Positions 13,649 through 28,500 of a stretch of 64,000 nucleotides of DNA are shown one piece after another. A program made the position numbers and the translations under genes. Origin of the DNA: Phoronis australis (taxonomy: Eukaryota > Animalia > Phoronida); NCBI GenBank assembly GCA_002633005.1, contig NMRA01000689.1:1-64000 (forward strand), in the 5' to 3' direction. The notes under the pieces are model-generated. The model did no database searches. It was not told the DNA's origin and saw only the letters and a list, made by a program, of their open reading frames with translations. Each line of letters opens with the position of its first letter. Within the stretch, counting starts at the first letter, position 1.

Positions 13649-16600
13649 AGGTCAGTTGGGGAACTTTGGTCTATTGACACGCCTCTCCGCCAGCCAACAA
13701 TGTTCACACGTAATAGCACTTTTCATTGCCCAGAATCGATGCTTGAAATTTCATGGAGTCACGCGCAACGAGATTGAAGCCACGACAAATATGTTAGCGA
13801 ATCGAGTCGAGTTTTCCGGCTTAAACAGGTACACCCTCTTACGATTAAGTCGGGAACAAACCAGCGCTGGTGTGCTTTGCATAGTAAATGAGAACACGTT
13901 CAATTTTGCTTAGATGTTACTTGATGCAAGCTTGTCTGTTTAGCGGGTTGAAAAAAAAATATTAATTCCCGTTCTTTTACACCAACGACAACTCAGAACG
14001 ACTATAAACCCGCCCCGTCACAAAAACTAACTTTATATTTAGACTGACTTTTGTTGCGAAATTGGTCTCAAAATTTTCCTTAGTGAAATTAGAGGTGGGT
14101 TTTTTAGCTTGGAAAGAACTGACAGTTTGTCATTGCTTGAGAGGAGGATCTCCAGTTCTGCAACTGTGATGACGGTTTTTCCAAATCAAGAAACCATCTC
14201 TCGCCTGAGTTTGAATACAGCTGAGATCAGGTGTACAGTGCGAAAAAAGATCTAAACAAAAATTAGTTTCTTTCGTTGCCGGAACCCGAGTTTACAGACG
14301 CTTTAAATTTACTGGGCAATACGGTAATTTTCCAGTTCTTTTTTAATTATCAATACCGAAAAGTTGTTACAGAAGTCCTGGCATTTATTCAATTCAAAGA
14401 CTTGGGTTGTAACAGAGCCCAGCTGTTATTAAAGACTTGGAGGTTAATTAGGTTATAATTACGACGGCAAACAGTAATTATGCCTTAGCCGATCTTTTGC
14501 TTCATGGTGGCAAATGTGCAACAGAACCAACAACTGACTGGAGTCCCGCCCCCTATTGAGTTTTTATTAATATTTCAGCTCCTCGGACTCTATTAGGGCC
14601 CAGCTTCTATTGGAAACATATTTTTTATTATTTACTCTTAACTCAAGGTATGTTTTAACACAGGCAATGGTATTTATATACTATTTTTAAATTTTATTTG
14701 GTTTTCCGATATCCGGTTGTGACGGTGACTCATTAAATATTTCGTACATGTTAAATCATTATAACCATCTGAAATGACCATTTGTATAGTTTGCTTAAAA
14801 TTGTCGATTCATATCAACAGAAAATTCACGGGAGCACATCGCAATTGATTAAATAACCTGCACCGTGCTGAATCTTAAAAGTTATGTTAGCACAAAGATC
14901 GCATTTTTTAATGTAGAAGTATATGTACATGCAGTTCTGCTGAGGAAATAACCAAACGTCTAGTGTCCAGCATGCTTTTGATACAAACGCCAAATCAAAG
15001 ATCCACTATTACATTTTTGGTGTGAACGCGACGAAATTCTGTAAACAACCGGAACTGGTGTTGTGAGACGACAAGAAAACAAGAAGCAATGGTGTTTAGG
15101 ATATTTAGTTTGTTCAATAATGCAAGTTCAACTTGCTGAGCTACAGTAACGCGCACTGTCAAAAATCGTAGCCTTCGTCCTAGACGTGGGACGTTCACCG
15201 ACTTCGGGCATCGAGTTGCAAAAATCATCAATTTATTTTTCCTTGACAATCTAAGGTTTTCAATCGCCGGTCTGTTTTTAGTTAATTACTACCTCTATAG
15301 TCCTTGCGCATTTGTGTAAGAATAAACTCACGCGTATTGTACTGTTTTAATGATTTACACTGAGTAGACTTGTTGATCGCTATATCCAACACATTTGTTA
15401 AACATTATGCTTAGATCGCATACACCATTTCCTGAGTGCGTGCGCCTACAAAGATTCCGAGTTTCAGAGGAAAGGGTGAACTGGAAATTAGAAAACGCTT
15501 AACAGAATTACATGGTATGAGCCTTACCGTTCGAGTTACCAGCCGTCACCTCCAACACGTCTTCCGCCTACTGCAGTATTCCAACTGTGTTTGCAACTAA
15601 TTCAGTTTACATACGTTAATGTTTTTTGGAGTCAGTAGTTGATGAAATCAATTTGTATTCCAGACTCGAATCTCTGACTAACGCGATAACGATAATCCAA
15701 ATTGACGAGGGTGAATGAACGCTTGTATACAGAAAAGAGAATGCCTTTTTCCATAAAATCTACATTGAATAGGATCCCAAACGAATTCTCTTTTGGAATG
15801 AGACTTCGTTTTAGGAATGTTAAGAAATGTCTTATCAAATCCTCGGAACAATGACATTTTTACTCTAATGATGCTAATTTATGCTTCCAATTAGTCTGGA
15901 AGTTTTGCTTTTTGAAATGATGTTGTACAGAGAACACATCGATGAAACGCACGACTGTCATTCCGTCGGCAACGGATTCATGACATATTCTTTGTTTTCC
16001 GTCATGTCCGTGTCCGTGTCAGTATGATGCTCATCCGACAAAATATTCGTTAGTTTCCGTACGACGTCATCGTATGCACTGTACAATAGACATAATAAAT
16101 ACTAGCTCGTGAAACGGATTTCCGGCACAAACCTTATTTTGAAAAAATTTTAACTGTTTAGGTGGCCTTGTTAATGTTTGAGAATCTGTAGATAGTCACT
16201 GACCTCTTGAATTACATCTCCCGTTCGTTTCATTCAAAATACGTTTTTCAACAATCTTCGAATTTATCCGCTCTTTAATTGCGTGATATTTCTCTCTTGT
16301 GCCTCCGGTATAAAGAAAGGTTAGAATGCTACCCAAATTATAACGGAAATGGTCAAAACCGAGCCGGGGAAGCATGGGAAAGATCGAACATCCGGGCCCA
16401 GGAATTTAAAGCCGGGAGAACGTCAGGACAGAAGAACACAAGACTGGTGAAGAATGGGCTTGCAATACAAGGGTATAGGGGAACAAAACATCTCTGAATC
16501 AAAACAGAATACTTCCCTTGTTCTCAAAAATGAAGATAAAATGATTTTTGCTTTGTTAATGAAAATGTTTCGCAAATTTGTCTATTGTAGTTTGTAGAGA

Positions 16601-16750
16601 CGTTGACTGGTTGTGGAAAAACATTGAACCAAATCCAGCAAACTTTAGAATACAGAAAAAGTCAACGAGGTTGTTCCGAAATTATCAAATGTCATGATTG
16701 TCTGAAGTTGACAAAATGTAACAGTATGTGGAACGGATTAAGATATAATT

Positions 16751-16899
16751 GATGATGATGGTGGTGGTGGTGGTGGTGGTGGTGNNNNNNGGTGATGGTG
16801 ATGGTGGTAGTGGTGATGATGGTGGTGGTGGTGGTGATGGTGATGGTGATGATGATGGTGATGGTGGTGGTGGTGATGGTGATGATGATGATGACGATG
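16751..16899. repeat. (GGT/GAT)n compound microsatellite containing 6 N
   Basis: Directly visible; explains the poly-His and poly-Gly/Asp ORFs. Confidence 0.95.
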
Positions 16900-19751
16900 T
16901 AATGAGGTGTAATCACTCATTTAAAAACTTCCGATTTGAAAGTTTGGCAAGAGGTAAAGCGAGAACGTTAGGACTATATTTATGGATTACATTAAGTCCG
17001 AATTTGAGTTTCGTTTTTTGCGAGCAACCGTCGTGACATCCTCATTTCTGGTAATACAAATTCCGTCTTATCTCAGGAAGACAAAGTGGTGGTGGTGACA
17101 ATTCGTTATTTGAGCACCCTGTGGCCCTTTCATTGTCCCACGGAACGCCAGAGAAGTGCGGATATGGTTTGTACAAGAAAGTCTCGTATTGGTGGACCTG
17201 CAAACTGGCACTGATTAAGTTCGTACGTCACTTTCATGTCCGGAGAGCTAAAAAACTTTCAATTAAAGTCGCTTAATTTACTTCAATTTTCGAGTTTTTT
17301 GGGATCTGGAATTCACGGTTTTGTTATGCAAGGCTATAATGGATGGAATATTGATGCTGACAATGTAGTCATTTGTCTAAATAAGGTAAACTCTGTTTTT
17401 AAGCACTTGAAAATCTTTAGTCACCTTTCTTGAAACAGATCGCTGGTCAGTGCAGCATAAAAGTAGATAACAACAATGGCTTCAATCTACCGTGTCCTTG
17501 CAGTGACCAATGCTTTTTGACGACTAGCCACAATAATACACATATCGAGAGACTGGTGGGGTTATTCCCAAGATTAAGGCAATTAAGCAAAAGCGAAACA
17601 CGTCACTACTTTAAAAATTGTTGTCTTTATTCAAACTTTACTTGTTTTCGTCAGTATGACATATTTCGGTTGAATTATCTGTAAAACCATTTTCACAAAA
17701 ATGGTTCATATTTATTAAGTTGAGACAATTGAGTTATTTGATATCTATGAATGTTGGTGGAAATAGCTGCAACAAGCACTCCATTTTCGATAGAAAATTT
17801 TATCGTGAAAACAATTCTATGAAGCAGATATACACGTATGTTCACATTTCTGTTATTATTGTTATTATCCGTTAGAGATACTCTTTATGCTTCATTTTCG
17901 TTGAAGACTTCATAAAACGGATCTTAACAGAAAATGAAAGGGTTTCTTGATAGAACGTGGCCGTACTATTCCTATGGATATGGGACAACCTTTATGTAGC
18001 GCACGATAACGTCACACGTAAATTGACAAATCGTATCGAACGAGCTTGATGGGTACTCCGCTGTGCCGCAGGTATGACTATAGACCGCCTACTCCGTATA
18101 CTTTCAATGGACGATATCTGTGCTCTTCCGCATAACGTACGTCATAATTCACTAGCGACACCTGGCCCATTATCTGGTGTTATTTCCGGCAAGTGACGTC
18201 GTCTACTACCTTGGTCGGTTATTGTGTGGTCGGGTGGCATTGCTAAAAGTACTCACGATACCAGCAGTTCTACTTTTTAAGATTTTGAATAGCGTTTTAC
18301 TTTCGTTGTACTGGAATAGATGCAAGAATTTGCAAGAATTTCCTTTCACAATGCATTAACCGGAAAATGAACCAGATAATTGAGGAGAGTGGCGCCGCCT
18401 CTTGGATAGCACGGAAGAAAATGTCAGAGTTGTGAATTTGTTGTCTATAATCTATGATATGACGTCGTAAGATTTAGAAAAATGTCTCCTCTAAATCTCA
18501 CTTAATATCGTTAATAACAGTCTCGCCATGTAACATTCTGTCGATACGTCCATTGTAGTAAGGTTGGTTTCAAATGCGGGTCCCCTGAAATAACACGTGT
18601 GAAGTCACATTGAAGCCCGCACAGCCAATATCGCATACTTAAACCCGATATAAGCGCAACAGGCATTTGAGGCCAAATGGTTCATTAAGCTCTAACTGAA
18701 ACGTTTGCTTGAATACATTTGTATAATTGTATGTTTATTAAAGCCGTCACCTACATGCCGACTTGTAAGTACATGTATTCTTCGTCAGAATATTTGATCC
18801 AAACTGGTCACATCATGAAGGCATTCGTCTAAGTTCTCCAGCACTGAAATGCTTCATTTCCACTCTCATGATATCAAAACACTATAGTACTGACATCAGC
18901 GGGTCACGTGACGCTGATGCTGATGTATGAATATTCCTGTGTGGAGTAATCGGGAAGAAACATTCAAACATTAACGTAGGCCTATTTTGCGTGTGATTTG
19001 ATTGACATCACTCAGAAAATGAAGTTTCGAAGAGAATTTCCACAAGCAATACGAAAGTACAATGTAGGGATTAGACCTGAGTCGAGTGATCGCTTATCTT
19101 TCGTACTTAATATTCGAATTGGTAGTGCTAACGAATAAATGTCTCTAGGCTTTTTATCATCTGATAGATTGAGAGCAGACAGAAGCCCATTACCATGGGT
19201 GCGTTAGGGTGATAATGGACCGGCGTGAGAGAGTAGCTGAATGCAGGGTAGAGTTCTCGCTGGTTCCCTGCGTGCTCAGGCCAGCTAGCACGTGCTGGCG
19301 CGGCTACCGCCCCACCTAGCGGCACGCAGGCAACCAGCGAGGGTAGAGTTCAGTTGCTAGGACGTCGCTAAAAAGCAAGACTTCGCGAGATTACGTCACA
19401 TATTGCCGTGTATTTTAAATGAGAACGCGTGATTTTGACTAGAGTTTAGTAAGGTCCTATAGGGTAGGTCCTAGAATTACTGAACCCTAGCCAAGTAGTT
19501 TTAAGGAAAGGGTCCTTGCTTTACTTGCGACACCTAGCGAAATTCGAGTTCCCCGACTATGACGCAGACGATGATTACGATTGGACCAAGAGTTCCGTTT
19601 TACAACCGAAACACTGCTTTATTCAATAATATGCAAATATAGAACGATCCGTGAGACATATCAGACCATGTGTATCGAGGGGCAAGGCTGTTACAGGTAG
19701 AAGAAAGGCATGAGACTTCGGACGATATTGCTCTCACCTAGGGGATATCAG

Positions 19752-20145
19752 GGCCCGGTCTCTAATCTTTGTACTCGAAACGAACTCGAAACTATTTTTG
19801 GCAATTTCTCTGCTCCTTTTGTGCGAACTTAAGATAATTGGTTATCAGACTGTGCTCGAATACATTATAGTTTATGCATAGGAATTTCTAGTTCAAGTTT
19901 GCCCTTGAAGACCCTTATATTCGTGCTACAAACTCGAGTAAAAACTCGAAATTTCGAGTTCAAACTCGAACTTATTGCCTTAATATTGGGTTAACAAACT
20001 GTGAACTAAGGGCAATAAATTAGCTACGTAAGTTATTGTGTACTTGAGCATAGAATAATAGACACTTATCTTGAGTTCGCCCAAAAGTAGAGTAGAAAAT
20101 GCCAAACCTAATTTCATTTTGAGTAAAAAGATTGGAGACCGGGCC
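19752..20145. mobile_element. Harbinger-like MITE, ~394 bp, CAG target-site duplication
   Basis: cag|GGCCCGGTCTCTAATCTTTGTACTC ... GAGTAAAAAGATTGGAGACCGGGCC|cag; internal AACTCGA repeats. Confidence 0.85.
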
Positions 20146-23100
20146 CAGGTCATACCGAAGGGTTGGTCTATATTTGTTTCGTTACATGCGCAACATCGCT
20201 ATTATTTCTTTCCGCGGATTTCTTCGTCCCTCATTAGATTGGAAAGCTTTTCCTACTCCGATGCACTGTTGTTCTCTGATCGCGTGACTGGTCAGTTCGA
20301 CACTGAGGACGACTTGAACACACGATGTTTCATGACTAACCGGTAGACTTTACTTCATAACGGAAGGTGACGTTCTGCGGTTTAACCAACCAGAGGATAG
20401 AAGGATCACCAGTAGGCGCCTAGATACCAAGTGAAACTTTTCATATTTTTATCACAAGGGCATGCTCATGTGTATATTGCATAAAACTAAACGCAATCTG
20501 AAGGGTATCTCTAAGGTATAGCAAATCAGGTTTTCATTTAGTTATTATCTAAATACTACGTTTTAGTTACTAAAGAGATTTTCATTTCCGGGCAGATTTT
20601 AATGGCACATTTCAAATAACATGTTGATTTCATTAACTTTCTTATGCGAAATTCACCAACTTGGACAACAAGACACTCTTTGCCTTCCTCTCATCAATAC
20701 TTACGACTTAGAAAACGACCCAAGTGCAAAAACACAATAAAAACAACCAGAAGACTCACTGAAACTGAACTGTGAGAAAGATTTTTCTGCGCAAACTATG
20801 CACAGGAAAATCATACGGCAACGCTCTCAATCAAATGCTGTCATCCGATTTGATAAACTCGCGCAATAACGAAACTTTACATGTACATGTTTACGAAGAA
20901 TTGATCGTGAGTGACTGGGCGATTGATAAATCCACGCAATAACGAAGAAAAAAATGTGACGAAAGACCATAAAAAATTTTAGGCAGGAGATCGCTCGCGA
21001 GCTTAAGATAGTTTTAAAACATATAATGTCCCAAACATCCTTCTGAAAATAAGGTTTGATTTTCACACACTACAGGTGCGACTCACTTTCTATGTTTGTG
21101 TTTTCGCTCACTTGCATTGACGTTGTCTGTAGTAAGAGTGCAAGGGTGTGGTTGGAGTTCAGGCTCTATGACACGGGTACCTTGTAAGAATGGATTCCAC
21201 CTTCCAAATTAGCTATCGGCCATTTGCCTGGCTACGTCCCCAGGACACTTTTTAGTCCCATTGAGACCATTTTAAACTGTAAATTTCGTTTTCTATATTT
21301 CCCTTTATTTTGTGCAAACTGTAAATCAAAGAAAACGCGATTTTCAATTTCTAACTGCTATTTTTATGTGATTTAAACAAAAAAAATAGAGTTTAAAGTA
21401 ATATTACGGGGTCATTGCTGACCGCTGCTGTGGAAATTAAGTTTCAAATTTTGTTTCACGTTATTTGATGCAGTTGCAATTATTTCAACAAGAGTCGAAC
21501 CGCGTATCTCTGATCATGATTTTAAAGCATCGTCTTTATTACTGCGCTACCGACAAGCGAGAGTTATGCATAATCAATTGCTTCTTTTCATTCCGAGAAT
21601 CTCCTGGTTTCTTTTTTCAAAATATTTCCACGTCAAAGTGGACAAAACACTGGGAGCAGTTTTTTCGAACGAGTGATCGAAATATGATCGAAAACCCAAA
21701 GGTAGCCTCCTTCCATAAAATAATTAGCGGATGTTATCATATCCAATAAACCAATTATTGACCTTCACACTTGGTCAATATTTTGGTTTTCGGACCCCAA
21801 AAATGTGATGATGACCTTGGCTCCGTGTCATTGTCACATTTCGGAAGGATCAAAACCAAAATATTGACCACGGTGAAAGTCAAATAATTGTATAGCGTTG
21901 TGTCGTAGCTGAGCAGTGCAAAAGCCCTAGACCTTTCTGACGCATTAATACACTCACCTGCAATTCTTCCTCGTCGGGTACCAGCAACACCTAACCAATA
22001 CACAACCATCCGTTTCTAGCATATTGGTACGTGCTCATTTGTTGACAATGAATAGCTAAAGTTATGGCAATTTTCGCACAGGTCAACGACTCTTTTACAA
22101 CTGCACCTTGAGCGAAGCTAACACGGGTTAGAACTTTGTTTGCCACAGTTACGGCCCAATAATCCTTCAGAGCTACAGTCTGGCGGAAATATATCATGGC
22201 ACTGTGAATTCCTGCACCGAGCACACATCAATAGCATGACATTGCGTTGGCCGCATGACATATCGATGCAGGTATGTTTGCATTCTAGGTCGAATTATGA
22301 CTAAAATTGAAAAACGATAAGCAAGTCTTTTTCAGTTTAGCTTTTTTAAATTACAATATTTTGTTGTTCTTTCAATTTTGTGAAAAAATCATTTTTCACA
22401 AACTTCTTTTCTTTTTCAACGATTCATCTTCCATACACAGGCGCAAAGGAAAGATGTCCCGTGAAGAATTATCTTTTGTACGAATTTTGTTTAAAAATAC
22501 CACAAATTTCGATATGGAAAGGAGTGCACAGGTTTCAAGATTTTATCTTTTCAATTTCTAGTCATTACCGTTCCCATGCCATTTTGTCTAAGAAAGACCG
22601 TAGTTTTGCAGAAGTTTCGCGTATCTATAACTATTTCGTTACTGAAAACAAGTCGTGCATAGGCTATGCCATTAATACGGTGTGACAACTAGTCTTGCCC
22701 ATATCGTTTATATCATTTCCCATTGAATCTGGTGCAGAGTTCGTTAAAAACGATACGACATTGATTGTCAGACAACTGCCTTCTGCACAGAAATTTCTCA
22801 TTCAATATGTATGCAATATACAAGGCCGACAAGATTTCTAAGAATGTGACTGATATTTTCAGAGACAAATGATAAGTTTACAACGAAAGTTACACGCGGC
22901 TAAACTGGGCAGAAAATATGGCAGATTATTCACGAATACTACTTACAAATAACAGACTGTTCATAGGTTACTATCTGATGCCCACGCCATGCACGGATTT
23001 AGTGGTGAGACGGTGGCCTTACTTAGCGGCACATCGCCAGTTTCGTACCTGGTGGCGGCTAAGATATTGGATTCTTTTAACTTGTTGTAGAAATTGAAGA

Positions 23101-23696
23101 CGTAGTCCTAAAGTCTAAAGGTCATTGAATGGAAAAGTAAATTGTTACCGAAGGGGCCAGCAACTAGTCACAAGTAATGTGTCATTTTCTAATTCGAAAT
23201 TTCCTGTATGGCCAACCCCAATCAAATCTTAGTCGATAAGCATAGCGAAATGCAACTTTAAATGCAAACGCGTTTACTTGGTGGGAATAACGCAGCATAA
23301 TCTATCTAGAGGGTCGAGCTCTCTGAATGGAAAAATCACCTGCTCTGTGTTTCACCAACAGTTACTAACATAAAATTTGTAACTATTAGCAAGTATTTAC
23401 CAAAACTGAGAATGGACAAAGGTCACATCACTACTGACTGACTTGCACTCTGGTAATTTTATTAATTTAGTCTCTCTACTCGTCGTTGATACGGGATAAC
23501 CGAGACGGTGAGGGCATTTACAGAAATTAACAGCCATTTATGTTTTGTTGATATGAGTGAAAATGCAGATCCTGACTGTCTATCTTTAAAGAGAATATAT
23601 ATTTTTTGTGTTAATTAAGTGTATTTACTATCCAAGGAACAACAGGAAGTGACGTGAAAGGTCGCCATTTTGGTCCTGCATCCACTTCCGGCTTTT

Positions 23697-23918
23697 CATG
23701 CGCGCACCAAGCCTAACATATGGGGCTCGAATTTTTGAGAACGTGGACCTTTTACTATGATTCACGGGGTACTTTTATACCTACGAATTGTGCATTCGCC
23801 GGAATTTTGGTAGTTCCTGTCTTTTTAGTGTACTTTGGTCTCATTTTTTACTTTTTGGAGTTTTTGTTTCTCTGAGGCGGACCTTTTAGACCCCCGAGCC
23901 CTCCTGGGTGAACGCATG
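23697..23918 (-). mobile_element. MITE family A, copy 2 (inverted)
   Basis: CATGCGCGCAC ... GTGAACGCATG; reverse complement aligns to 55510..55733. Confidence 0.8.
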
Positions 23919-24292
23919 TTCTTTTGTGTGTTATTAAAAATGATCGAAGCTGGCTGCGCAAAAAGTAGCTCATCCGTGAAAAATGCAATGTATTCTCTTT
24001 CCTGTAAACATTAGATTCAAACTTCCTTACAAAGTTTTAGGGAACTTAGTTGAGTCCCTATTTGGGACTGTGTCATGGAAACAAGCACAGATGTTTTGTC
24101 ATCAAAATACCCCACAATTAGTTTTAGAAGTCGTACAGAGAGGTAAGTTTGTCAACTTTTTATCTGAGACAATGACCCAAAAGCACTCTTTCGTGCAGGA
24201 TGTAAAATATCACCGAGGATAGACTAAAATATAATGGTACTCATAATTGATTGGATTCGTGTAACCATAGTTCACTAACAACTATAGTCTAT

Positions 24293-25533
24293 AGCCACGT
24301 GTACATGATCGTGTTTACATCGGAACGTATATTCACACCCGGCAATATATATTCAGGCACGGTACACGTATCTTTGCCATATAAACGCAAATAAACACGT
24401 GCGAATATACACGAGGAGCACGTGAACGTGATTTTAATTTACACACTGGTGTAAAAGCAAGATCACCGCACCATAAGTTGCAATACAAAATTACTTCTCT
24501 TCTTCAAGAAATGCCATTTCCCAAAATATTTTTCTATTCTCATATGTAGTTTGATATCATGGTCTGCTGCTGCTGCCGCCGCCGCTGCTGCTGTCGCCGC
24601 CGCCGCCGCCGCTGCTGCTGCTGTCGCTGCTGGATGAAACTTTCATATCTTTTTGATGCGGCGGTTTTATTGTATATGCATCATCTCTAAGAGGTGTAAC
24701 AGGCAATTACTTATACACTGTAACTTCATCAGGACAATTCAGCTTTTCGGTTTTCTTTTGCAAAAGTTCGTTTTTCACCGTTTGAACGCTGAATTTCCAA
24801 AAGCCAACGCGTCATGAACGTAACCCTGCTAAACCATCTTGTGTTTACATCACTAATATAAAAATCAGTGTCAGTAAGCACACACCAAAAACAATCGAAT
24901 ACTAGAACCACGTTGTCGAAACAAAAATCGCGAACATTTCGTACGCTACTATTGATATGCGACTTAGGCCTACATCAGTATCACTACTATAGACCGCCGC
25001 ATTAGGAAATCCCAAATTTAACATTCAGGTGATGGCTTTATGAAAATTTTGCGCAGAATGGCCTATCGAGTAATATCGAGTAATCGACTGTAACTGAGCG
25101 GGTAACTTCATGTATGCAATGAGAACAGGAAAACACGTGCTTTCGTATCTCCGCCTGGTTACCAACAGTGTGGTTACCCAAATCCTGTTCGCATCCGTTA
25201 CGAATTGACTCCAACTTGACTGCATGTCTTGTTCGTTTGTAATAGTACAGTCGATGACTACTTAGCAAAACGAGTGGGCCAATAGAACTTTTGAACGGGG
25301 TTTACTCAGCCTCCGAGCTATCCAAATTCAAGGCAACTGTTCTAAAAAAAAGCTTCTCTTTACTAGAGAACGATGCTCGTGTCGATTTCGCTGCGGAATG
25401 TATAGATTACTGAGCGAAACTATAATTGCTTTTCATTTCCCCCATATGACAGCGATAGTTTAAATAAATTCACTCCCGGATGTAGATTTGCGTGTGGTGT
25501 ATATTTACACACGAGTGTGCTGCATGGAAACGG
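24293..25533 (-). mobile_element. MITE family B, inverted longer copy (about 0.5 kb extra at 24770-25300)
   Basis: Near-identical block aacttcatcaggacaattcagcttttcggttttcttttgcaaaagttc is the reverse complement of 12225-12272; CTG/CCG repeat at 24564-24632. Confidence 0.7.
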
Positions 25534-28500
25534 CAGGGTCGGATCCATGATTTTGAGTTGGGGGGGCCAGGGCACAGGAATAACCAGAATTTCGGCACAT
25601 GCGCGCGCTAAGGGATGCAGCTGTCTCGATTTTTTGGGTTTGTGGACCTGATTACTAATGCATTGTTTATTCGTACCCCGAGCCCCCTGGATGCGCGCAT
25701 ATGCTAGTCAGCAATTTGCATTCGAACTGCCAAATGGCATCTGATAGAATTTTAGGGGGGGGCATGGCGGCCCTTTGACCCCCCTCCCCTCCCCCAATGT
25801 ACACAAGGGGTCTCCAGCTGGTGTGCTAACCAAACTTTCTTCACGCCCGATAGTCGAAATGCTTTACGTCTAGATTTACAATAATTTATTCTGTAAAGCT
25901 GCCAAGCATAAGGTATGAAATCCAATTTTAAATTTAAGACAAGCTGCAATAATGACAGATGGTTTTTGTGTCCAACTCGGATCATAGATCATGCGTGGTT
26001 TTGACGTTTGACAAACAAAAAACTTTAATTTGAATTTAACCGTCTTAGTCGCGAAACTAGGTTCCAGAAAACTTTGAATGCCATTAAAATGCCAACACGT
26101 TTTCGCACTACAGATTTACAGTATGGTGCATTTTTCGGACACTCTGGTCCACCTATTTTTACTCTTTCGGTGAGGTTCGCTACCAGAAACAGTTATCACC
26201 GTAAAGCTAAGAGGGGGCAGAATTTCAATAGAAGCCGCTTCGTCGGACAGAATCTAGGGAATTGGTTAGGCCCGTTGGAGTTCATAAACACAGGTGCATA
26301 TCCCAAAACAAGGGAGTCTTCAGTACAAATAGAGTCTCCCAAGCATTTGTCGTCTTGGAGCGGACGCTTGACACATTTCATAGCATTTACTGTAATTTTG
26401 TTTCTGTCATATCGTTACAAATGGGTACATTTACATTACATTGACATTTTAAGTCGCATTTGAAAACTTTTCCTTGTTTGCGAGTCCAGTTAATGTAAAC
26501 AATTAAGATGACACTGTCAAGCACGCTATAAATACAAAACTGAAAGGTTAATTGTTTACACTTTTAAAAACTATTTTACTTGCGTGGTGTCTTAACGCCC
26601 CCGACTCGATGAAAATAAATGAGAGTTAGCTCCCTCATTTTCTTTCCCGTGATTGACGTCACAAGCAGACATGTCGGACGAATCGTACCAATTAACTGAT
26701 TTTTTTGGCTGAACATGCAATTTATATGTGAATGAACAACTTTGCTAAGGGAATGTTCCGGCAATAATCTCATAAAGATGAAAAACAGACCCGGTCGGCG
26801 GAAACCTATTACGATTGATCTGCTAATCTATCTGTCTCATCGACGAACCCAGTGCTAACACGGCAACCCAACCACCAACAGACCATGGTATTATGCCTCT
26901 TGTTACGTCTGGACCACGGTTTGGAAATTTGATGATTATATTTTGGCCACAGTTAAATAAAGATAATACCGACTATAGTACTGACTGTAATTTTACAAAT
27001 GGTAAACTTTAGCATTATTTTGACATCGGTGACATTAACTTATGAGGATGCGCGCAATTGCCAGCAATCGGGTGCTCAAAAATCGTACTCAGAGCTGTCG
27101 TAAGATCCGAGTTTCATCCAGGTAAGACTGAACAGTCAATCAAAAGACCATGTTACTCAAACTTTGAGTTAGGAAACGATTTTTCTGAACTTAATGTCGC
27201 CAGAGCTTCAGAAAATCCATTGCATTAGCATCCAAAAACAACTTGCATGGACCTAAAATAGTGCTGGTCACAAACTTCTAGCCGCGAGCTATTTACAAGA
27301 TTTGTTAGGCAATGTCCTCATCATTATAGTATTTTTATTTCCCCTCGCACCACCCTCATTCAGCCACCGAAAGGGTCTGTAGAAAAACAAGACAATCAGC
27401 CCCGTGTTGTTCGTGTGCCCCAGGTGCTCCAACTTCCTCAGAGATGAGCGAGTCGTTCAGCAGAACTTTGGGTGTTCCTAATGCTCGTTGCTGGTGTGTT
27501 ATTTATGCTGCAAAAATAATGATTTCGTTTTTATAGTTCAAAACAGTCATTTCTCAAAATAAATGTCGCCCACATCATTTTACTGTACTGGGCGCATATG
27601 CGGGCAACGAGTTTTAAATATGCTTAAATAGCTTTATTTTATCTGATGCATACTGGCCTATAGCAAATGCAATACTTTTGAAAACAAGCATTTCATTTTT
27701 GAATCTTGCACACAAAAACGGTGGCTCACTGGAGAGGAAACAAAACTTAATCGAGGTCGGGATGCAGCCGTAAGACTAAACCACCCAGCTACAAGTTTAG
27801 ATAAACGTTTTGATAATAGTATGTCGTGCGCTCCCCCACCCCACCCAAGCTACGCCACGCCACTGATTTATATGACAACTTCTGCTTGAATACTTTCGCC
27901 AGGTGGCGCAGTATGTTTTACTCTCTTTGGTTAGAAGAACTTGCAACTATGAAACCCATCATGGGCACTTTATTAACCAAACTTCCATCTTACTAACTTC
28001 TATGCAACCTCATTCTCAACTGACATGTATGGTAATATAGAGACACGCACATTCCCAGATTCTCCACTTGATAGTAAGACCTTAAGATGTACACAACACA
28101 CACACACCAAATTTTAAAGAATAAAATTCAAAATAGTACAAACAGCATACTGCATCACACTGAACTCAATGTTGACAGTAATAAAAAATAATCTTCAACC
28201 TCTTCTAACAACATTTAGTGTTTCATTAAACAGTTACAGCACAATCTTGATGAAGACACCCAAGTCTTGAAATAAAGGCAAGGAGCCACGAATTTCCAAG
28301 AAAATTTCCGTGATCCATTTAAAAAAAGCTTAGATATGTTTTGTCGGACACTAAAAATCAGTTGTTCTGACAGGAATTCATTGATACAAGAAATTTACAT
28401 CTCGACTTTGAATTACACAGCGGCCACACCTATACTGATTTATCATAAGTGATTCACAACTTAATGGGTGCAGGTAAGTGATATTGGTGATAAATATGTA

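Noticed and set aside
13504-13913. Poly-Asp and poly-Ser ORFs
   Set aside because: Products of a GAT microsatellite
16692-17036. Poly-His, poly-Thr/Ile and Gly-Asp ORFs
   Set aside because: Translations of the GGT/GAT microsatellite; 13 kb beyond the NF-kB stop, so not its missing glycine-rich region
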